31,640 bases of DNA, taken from positions 1-31,640 of the forward strand of contig JBBQRQ010000058.1 in NCBI GenBank assembly GCA_038214755.1, in the 5' to 3' direction. The translations under genes and the position numbers were made by a program. Under the pieces are notes generated by a model. The model did no database searches, was not told the DNA's origin, and saw only the letters and a program-made list of their open reading frames with translations. Source of the DNA: Verrucomicrobiota bacterium. Lineage in GTDB: Bacteria > Verrucomicrobiota > Verrucomicrobiia > Limisphaerales > CANJXF01. Shown in pieces: positions 26,345 to 31,640 of this stretch (positions are counted from its first letter, which is position 1; every line of letters begins with the position of its first letter).

Positions 26345-27378
26345 TTTTTGTCCCCTGAATGCGCGGCGCGAAATATTTTCAATTGATTAAGCACCTCGTC
26401 GAAGATGTCCGCTGGAACACTGGTTCCGCGAATTTTTGGATAAACCGATTCGGCGATTTGTTTCCACTGCGCCTCAACTTCGGGCGTGACCGGATGAACT
26501 TTCAGGCCGCGCTTGCGCATGGCTTCGACGGACTCGATCCCTTCGCGCCGTCCGTCCGCCTTGATTAATTTTCCGGCATCGGCTGCCGCTTTGCGCATCG
26601 TTTCGCGTGACTCCGCCGGAATGGAGTCCCACGTTTTTTTGGTAATGATGGCCGCGCCGACCAACGGCACCCAATTCAGGTCAAGCATGTGGGGAGCGGC
26701 GTTATCGACTTGCAGAGCGAGGGCAATGCTCGGCGGCAGGCAGACGGCATTGATCAATCCCGTTTGCAGATTTGGCAAAATATCGGTGACCTCCAACGGG
26801 ACGGGATTGCAACCGGCCGAGCGATAAACATTTTCTTCTGCCGGACGATTGGCCGCGACAAAGAGTTTGGTTTTCTTGAGGTCATCCGGCGTGACAATCG
26901 GTTGTTTGGAAAAAAATCTGACCCAGCCGGTGTCTGACCAAAACAAAACGATAAAACCTTTTTCGGCCAAACGTTTCTCCAACATCGGCTGCAATTTTAC
27001 GGCGACGTAATCCACTTCTTCGAGCGATCGAAAAAACATCGGCACGCTTTGCAAACCCGTCGCACCTGGCTCGATTTCCGAAAGACCGGTGGTCGTGACC
27101 ATGGCGGCCTGCAACTGGCCGAGCTTCATCCGTCGAACCATGTCGGCTTCACTGCCCATCGTGCCGTCAGGATAAATCGTGAGCGTCGCTCCGCCGCCGG
27201 GGGCTTTCCGCCATTTTTCGCCCATGAGCTGGAGATGTTTGTAATAAGACGACCCATTTGGCGCGAGGGTGCCGAGCCGAATTTTCACAGGCGCAGCGAA
27301 AACGGAATTGAAGGAAAGCGCGCCGAGGCCGAGCGCCAATGCGACTGCGTAAATTTTTTTGCCAGATAATATTTTCAT
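26341..27378 (-). CDS. dctP: TRAP substrate-binding protein DctP (TatP-like)
   Basis: Signal peptide; IRLGTLAP, IYPDGTMGSE, LQTGLI. Confidence 0.88.
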   Translation of the reverse strand: MKILSGKKIYAVALALGLGALSFNSVFAAPVKIRLGTLAPNGSSYYKHLQLMGEKWRKAPGGGATLTIYPDGTMGSEADMVRRMKLGQLQAAMVTTTGLSEIEPGATGLQSVPMFFRSLEEVDYVAVKLQPMLEKRLAEKGFIVLFWSDTGWVRFFSKQPIVTPDDLKKTKLFVAANRPAEENVYRSAGCNPVPLEVTDILPNLQTGLINAVCLPPSIALALQVDNAAPHMLDLNWVPLVGAAIITKKTWDSIPAESRETMRKAAADAGKLIKADGRREGIESVEAMRKRGLKVHPVTPEVEAQWKQIAESVYPKIRGTSVPADIFDEVLNQLKIFRAAHSGDKK

Positions 27379-27390
27379 TCGTTTATATTT

Positions 27391-28350
27391 TTATTCTAAA
27401 AACAAATCCGCTTTCCGTGACAATAACCAACGCGCGCGCCGTTGCATAATCGTATTGACCAAACGCGTGTCGGGATTGGCGTCGGGATCAATCGCCAGGG
27501 CTTGATTCAGCAACGACTCAAATTCTTTCGCATTCTGTTTTTGGATCGTGACTGCTTCCGCCAACGCGACGAAGGGCGACGCATTTTTTCCGCGCGACAA
27601 CGCGACGGCGCGCTCGAAATGTTGGCGCGCCCGCAAGGTGGCGTCGCCGGTCAAACCTTGCCGGCTCATTTCGTAGGAAATTAAAAAACTGTGGATGGCG
27701 CCGTCGTTATAGTTTTCATCCAATTCCAGCGCACGATCGATCAGCGCTTCCACCGCTGGAATTTCTCCGATGAGTTCGGGATTATTTTTGGAAAGTGAAA
27801 TCGCCGAAGCCCATGACGCTGCCGTCCAGTAGAGCATGGGGACATCCGTTTTTTTCAACGCGCGAACGGTCTGTTTCGGATCCGAGAATAACGCTTTTGC
27901 AAATCCAGGATGTTTTACTTGCAAAGCGCGCAGGCCGTATTTTTGCGCGCGCAAATAAAGTTTTCGCGCGCGCGTGCGCAACGCTTCCGCCGCCGCGAGG
28001 TCGCGCTCCTCGATTTCATCGGCCTCTTGTTGGACGAAGGCAAAAGCGTATTGGGTAAAGCCGCTCGCCGCCGCGGAGAGCAAACCGGCGTGACGCGGAT
28101 TTTCGGCGAGAAAACTTTCCATTAATTTTAAACTGAACGGCGCGGCGGCTTTGATTAAATCAGGATCATCATCGCTGGCAAAAGTAGTTCCGCTTTGGGC
28201 AATCGCATCGGCCGCTTTGTTCATCGCGAAACGACGGATCGAACAACCGCTTCCGGCGACGCACCCCAGCAAAAGGCCGCAGAGAATTACGCGTGAAAAA
28301 AAGAAGGCGTTATGGTGCGAACGATTTTGCATGGCGATCTTCAAGAACAT
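27391..28350 (-). CDS. TRAP-associated TatT component (TPAT system), probable lipoprotein
   Basis: Lipobox-like GSGC, DDDPDLIKAAAP, FTQYAFAF, YWTAASW, helical repeats; directly upstream of dctP. Start uncertain (28350 has GGAGA upstream; 28332 is an alternative). Confidence 0.85.
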   Translation of the reverse strand: MFLKIAMQNRSHHNAFFFSRVILCGLLLGCVAGSGCSIRRFAMNKAADAIAQSGTTFASDDDPDLIKAAAPFSLKLMESFLAENPRHAGLLSAAASGFTQYAFAFVQQEADEIEERDLAAAEALRTRARKLYLRAQKYGLRALQVKHPGFAKALFSDPKQTVRALKKTDVPMLYWTAASWASAISLSKNNPELIGEIPAVEALIDRALELDENYNDGAIHSFLISYEMSRQGLTGDATLRARQHFERAVALSRGKNASPFVALAEAVTIQKQNAKEFESLLNQALAIDPDANPDTRLVNTIMQRRARWLLSRKADLFLE

Positions 28351-28372
28351 TTCTCCAATTAAATAAATAAAT

Positions 28373-28397
28373 GCGGCGCTCACAAAGACGCCGCTAC
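28373..28397. repeat. Solo GTAG-type REP arm
   Basis: GCGGCGCTCACAAAGACGCCGCTAC: hairpin ending in CTAC. Confidence 0.5.
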
Positions 28398-28488
28398 AAA
28401 AAATATTTCCACGGTTGATTGCGATTCAGTCATTCCCAGAGACGCGGAAAGTAAACATTTCCAAAAACGTTTCAACCCGGATTTTCCA

Positions 28489-28598
28489 CGTAGCGCAGCT
28501 TTGCAAGCTGCTGTATCGCCGGTTTGCAACCGGCAGGGTGTCGCCAGGTCCAGCAGGTTGCAAACCTGCGATACGGCAGGTTAGAAACCTGCGCTACG
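28489..28598. repeat. GTAGCGCAG-family REP element, inverted twin of 23778..23887
   Basis: Direct alignment, see twin. Confidence 0.92.
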
Positions 28599-28635
28599 GG
28601 TTTTCACGTTGAACAAAACCGCGAGTTCGTATCTC

Positions 28636-30435
28636 ATGCCGCGCGAAACCCGAGTGAGAAACCCACCCCACCCCACCAAAAAAAATCGCGCCGCCCTCTT
28701 GCTCAACTGGTTTTTCTGCGCGTGGGTCGCCGCGCTGGCCTTCTATAATTTTTCGGAAAACACGGTTGACCCGGACCTCTGGGGTCACGCGCTTTTCGGT
28801 CGGGAGATGCTCGCCACGCATCACCTTGAAAAAACCGAGCCGTATTCCTGGACGGCCCATCACGGACCCTGGATCAATCACGAAGTTCTGGCGGAAATCG
28901 CGATTGGCGCGTCGCACCTCTGGCTCGGCGGGACTGGCATTTGGCTTTTGACCGTGATCGTCGGCCTCGTGACTTTCGCAATCGCGTTGCGGCTCGCTCT
29001 GCAAAATCTGGAAGGAGCCAATCGCGCGCTGGCCTGGGCGGTGGGAGCATTGGCGGTGGTGGAAATCGCGTTTGGTTTCGCTGCGCGCCCGCAAATTTTT
29101 ACCGCGCTCGGTCTGGCGGTTTTACTTTGGCTGCTGCGAAAAATTCACGAAGGGAAACTCGCGTGGGCCATCGTGTTGCCCTTTTTATTTTTAGTTTGGA
29201 TCAACACGCACGGCGGCGCGCTGGCCGGAATTGGTTTGCTTTTCGGCGTGTGCGGCGCGAGCACACTGCAATTTTTTTGGAGCAAAAAAAACAAACCGGG
29301 CCGAAAGTTTTCCGCACCTCGACTCGCGACTGAGAGTCCGGAGCGCGGCGTTCACGCCGCTTCAAGCCACGAAAGTCCGCGAGATACGAAATGGTTCCAA
29401 CGCCCCCGAAGCTTTCGCATTTTGAAGCGGCGTGAACGCCGCGCTCCTATCGCCACATTCGACTTTCGAATCCTTTGCGTCCTGTGGATTTCCTGCGGCG
29501 TTTCCATCGCCGCGCTTTTTTGCAACGCGTGGGGCGCGGAACTGGTTTGCTGGCTGATCAAAAGTGTGTCGTGGTATCGCCCGGAAATTGAAGAATGGAA
29601 CCCGCCGCAACTCGGCTGGGACCATGGCCCGATGTTTATCCTCGTCGCGCTGGCAGCTATTGCTTTTTTATTTTCGCGCCGTCGGAAATTTCTTTGGGAA
29701 GTTAGCATCTGCGGAGTGCTGGCGATCATTGCTTTGCGCTCCGTGCGACACACTCCGCTCTTCGCGATTGCCGCGCTGGCCTTTGTTCCGCCTCATTTGG
29801 CTGACGTGCTGTTGCGTTTTCGCGAACACTTCGCGCGGCTCGAAGAATTGTTTCGCCGCGCCGCCGTTCAATCGGTCGTCGCTGGGTTGTTGGCGATTGC
29901 TTTCGTCGCAACTCTCTACGCCTCATTCACGCTCGGCAAAGAGCACCCGTTCACGATGGAAGCGCCGCGAAATAAATATCCGGTGGCTGCGGTAAATTTT
30001 ATTCGCGAACACGAATTGACAGGAAACATGCTCGCGTTTTTCGATTGGGGCGAAATGGTTTTGTGGCAATTGCCGGACTGTTCGCCGTCGATTGATGGGC
30101 GGCTCGATACGTGTTACTCGCGCAAATTAATTTCCGAGCATTGGAAATTTTACAACGGCGAAACGGTGGATTCCGAGGTGCTCGACCTTTCCAGGGCCGA
30201 CCTCGCGTTGCTCCCGGTCAAGCTGGCCGGCGCGCACGAGCTTGCGAAAATTCCCGACTGGAAAATAATTTACAGCGATTCGCTCGCGCTCATTTTGGTT
30301 CGGCGGGCGGAGCGTTTTCCAAAACTTAGCGGATTAAATTTTCCTATTCTTGGTGATGACAACGCGACTCGTGGGCGAGAACCGTTCCCCATTGGCAGAG
30401 GCCACTCGCGCGTCAAACAGTTCGCCAATTTTTGA
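28636..30435 (+). CDS. Polytopic membrane protein, GT-C-like, with an in-frame palindrome insertion
   Basis: DPDLWGH, WINHEVL, ARPQIFT, WINTHGG, IEEWNP, FDWG, IDGRLDTCY. Start uncertain. Confidence 0.7.
   Translation: MPRETRVRNPPHPTKKNRAALLLNWFFCAWVAALAFYNFSENTVDPDLWGHALFGREMLATHHLEKTEPYSWTAHHGPWINHEVLAEIAIGASHLWLGGTGIWLLTVIVGLVTFAIALRLALQNLEGANRALAWAVGALAVVEIAFGFAARPQIFTALGLAVLLWLLRKIHEGKLAWAIVLPFLFLVWINTHGGALAGIGLLFGVCGASTLQFFWSKKNKPGRKFSAPRLATESPERGVHAASSHESPRDTKWFQRPRSFRILKRRERRAPIATFDFRILCVLWISCGVSIAALFCNAWGAELVCWLIKSVSWYRPEIEEWNPPQLGWDHGPMFILVALAAIAFLFSRRRKFLWEVSICGVLAIIALRSVRHTPLFAIAALAFVPPHLADVLLRFREHFARLEELFRRAAVQSVVAGLLAIAFVATLYASFTLGKEHPFTMEAPRNKYPVAAVNFIREHELTGNMLAFFDWGEMVLWQLPDCSPSIDGRLDTCYSRKLISEHWKFYNGETVDSEVLDLSRADLALLPVKLAGAHELAKIPDWKIIYSDSLALILVRRAERFPKLSGLNFPILGDDNATRGREPFPIGRGHSRVKQFANF
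29340..29447. repeat. 108-bp GGAG-type REP doublet inside the membrane protein gene
   Basis: Perfect 26-bp arms GGAGCGCGGCGTTCACGCCGCTTCAA / TTGAAGCGGCGTGAACGCCGCGCTCC. Confidence 0.92.
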
Positions 30436-30439
30436 CCGT

Positions 30440-30625
30440 AGCCGCGCGCATTGGAAGTGGGGAGTGACCAACGCCTTCCTGGAAGGATTAAACAGCGTCT
30501 TTAGCGGGACCAAACGCAAAGCGCGCGGCTATCGTTCAACCACGCACCTGATCACCATGCTCTACCTCGTCGCCGGAAAACTTCGCCTCCCACAATTCTA
30601 ATTCCACTGAAAACAGCGAAGAACC
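30440..30625 (+). mobile_element. ISL3-family remnant: transposase C-terminus plus right end
   Basis: TNAFLEGLNSVF...KRKARGYRS...YLVAGKL followed by TTCCACTGAAAACAGCGAAGAACC, an ISL3-like end (GGTTCT on the minus strand). Confidence 0.8.
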
Positions 30626-30676
30626 AACAAGAATTCATCTGCGCCCTGAAAATCAACGACTTGCGCGTCTTATTTC

Positions 30677-31135
30677 TTAAGAGGCCTGATTGAATTGCGA
30701 CTCATAACTCCACTCCCATATCTTTCCGTCTTCTGGATGGTCAACTTCGCCAGAGAATACAAAACCAAGCTTTTTCAAAATGTGATTGGACGCATTCTCC
30801 TCGGTCAAGGTGTGCGCGATGATCCTCACCGACGGATCACACTCCTGAGCAATCGAAATGAGACGCTGCGCCATACGCGTCGCGATACCGCGCTTCTCGA
30901 AATCAGGATAGGTAAAGTACGCGATCTCGGCAACTCCTCCCGCCGGGGGTGAAGTAAAACCACAGCTCCCAACAAAGTGGCCTCCATCAATAGCCAAGTA
31001 TCCAATCCAAGGCTCAACATAGCTACGCCGCTCATACATCTGCACGGTCGCTGCGACTATGGACGTAACCACTTCCGCAAAGACAATGCCTGATAGGCTG
31101 ACATTACCGTCGCGTGGAATTGGAAGGAGGTGCAT
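30677..31135 (-). CDS. GNAT (RimJ/RimL-like) acetyltransferase
   Basis: VGSCGF, EIAY, FEKRGIAT, NASNHILKKLGF. Confidence 0.88.
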   Translation of the reverse strand: MHLLPIPRDGNVSLSGIVFAEVVTSIVAATVQMYERRSYVEPWIGYLAIDGGHFVGSCGFTSPPAGGVAEIAYFTYPDFEKRGIATRMAQRLISIAQECDPSVRIIAHTLTEENASNHILKKLGFVFSGEVDHPEDGKIWEWSYESQFNQAS

Positions 31136-31140
31136 GGCCT

Positions 31141-31415
31141 AGTCAGTATGGCTGGCGAAGTTTGAGCCAAGCGTGTCTGCTTTCTCTAAGCGTGGGTTGC
31201 GCGCCGACGTGTGTCGGAGAGCCGAGCCACCTTTGTTGGTCGTTAACACAAACAAAGAAAGGAAAGCAGACACATGAACGTTATCCAAGATATCGGGCTG
31301 GATGTCCATAATGATTCCATCGCCATTTTCCTCGCGCCCGGCGACAGCGCCGATGTGCGGCGCTACGGGATGATCGGCGGGCGGCATGAGGACGTGTGCA
31401 AGTTCATCCAAAAGA
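31141..31415 (+). mobile_element. IS110-family remnant: left non-coding end plus first ~47 codons of the DEDD recombinase (ATG 31274)
   Basis: IGLDVHNDSIAI is the IS110 N-terminal motif; similarity stops after KFIQK. Confidence 0.75.
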
Positions 31416-31442
31416 TGCCATCTCTACCGGCAACTGGCGGGC

Positions 31443-31640
31443 ATGGCGGCGCGGGTCAAAGCCAACCGTGGGATCATGAAGTTAAGGAAGGCGCTGGTGG
31501 AACATCCCTTTGGCACGATGAAGCGAACGATGAACGCGGGTTACTTCCTTTGTAAAGGACTGGCGGGAGCAGGAGCCGAGATGAGCCTGACGGTATTGGC
31601 CTACAACTTGAAACGAGTATTGAACATCGTGAGCTTCGCG
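31443..31640 (+). mobile_element. IS1182-like transposase C-terminal fragment, runs off the window
   Basis: MAARVKANRGIMKLRKALVEHPFGTMKRTM...F...G...EMSLTVLAYNLKRVLNI (not in the ORF track). Confidence 0.75.

Noticed and set aside
24455..28350. TatT-DctP-DctQM as a novel system
   Set aside because: It matches the described TPAT subclass of TRAP transporters; only its flanking repeats are notable.
1..31640. tRNA, rRNA, reverse transcriptase, cas or integrase genes
   Set aside because: None recognised by eye; a covariance-model scan was not possible.

Overview
Bacterial chromosomal window, probably Verrucomicrobiota/PVC (inferred from gene content and repeat style). The backbone is housekeeping and transport genes: ABC exporter, metG, mgtE, ClC-CBS channel, WecA/MraY-like transferase, GT4, DUF2723-TPR, rlmD-like, DUF3500, ymdB, xseA, a TPAT/TRAP operon, a GT-C-like membrane protein and a GNAT. 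IS remnants lie at the right end and an Rhs fragment at the left end. Many intergenic gaps hold a palindromic repeat, from many unrelated families, and one HUH/Y1 (RAYT/IS200-like) transposase sits in its own hairpin flanks. Main findings: (1) a 1040-bp transposase-free element splits a vapC toxin gene with a TA duplication and carries a single-chain tandem ArsR/wHTH gene bracketed by three copies of a CACACTTTGCAAAGTGTG palindrome; (2) palindromic or short-tandem repeats sit in frame inside four protein genes; (3) two transporter loci are each bracketed by near-identical inverted ~100-110 bp repeats; (4) a duplicated rlmD 5' end lies between two paralogous small unknown genes; (5) a pspC gene has integron-cassette-like ends. 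All alignments and counts were done by eye; no database searches were run.
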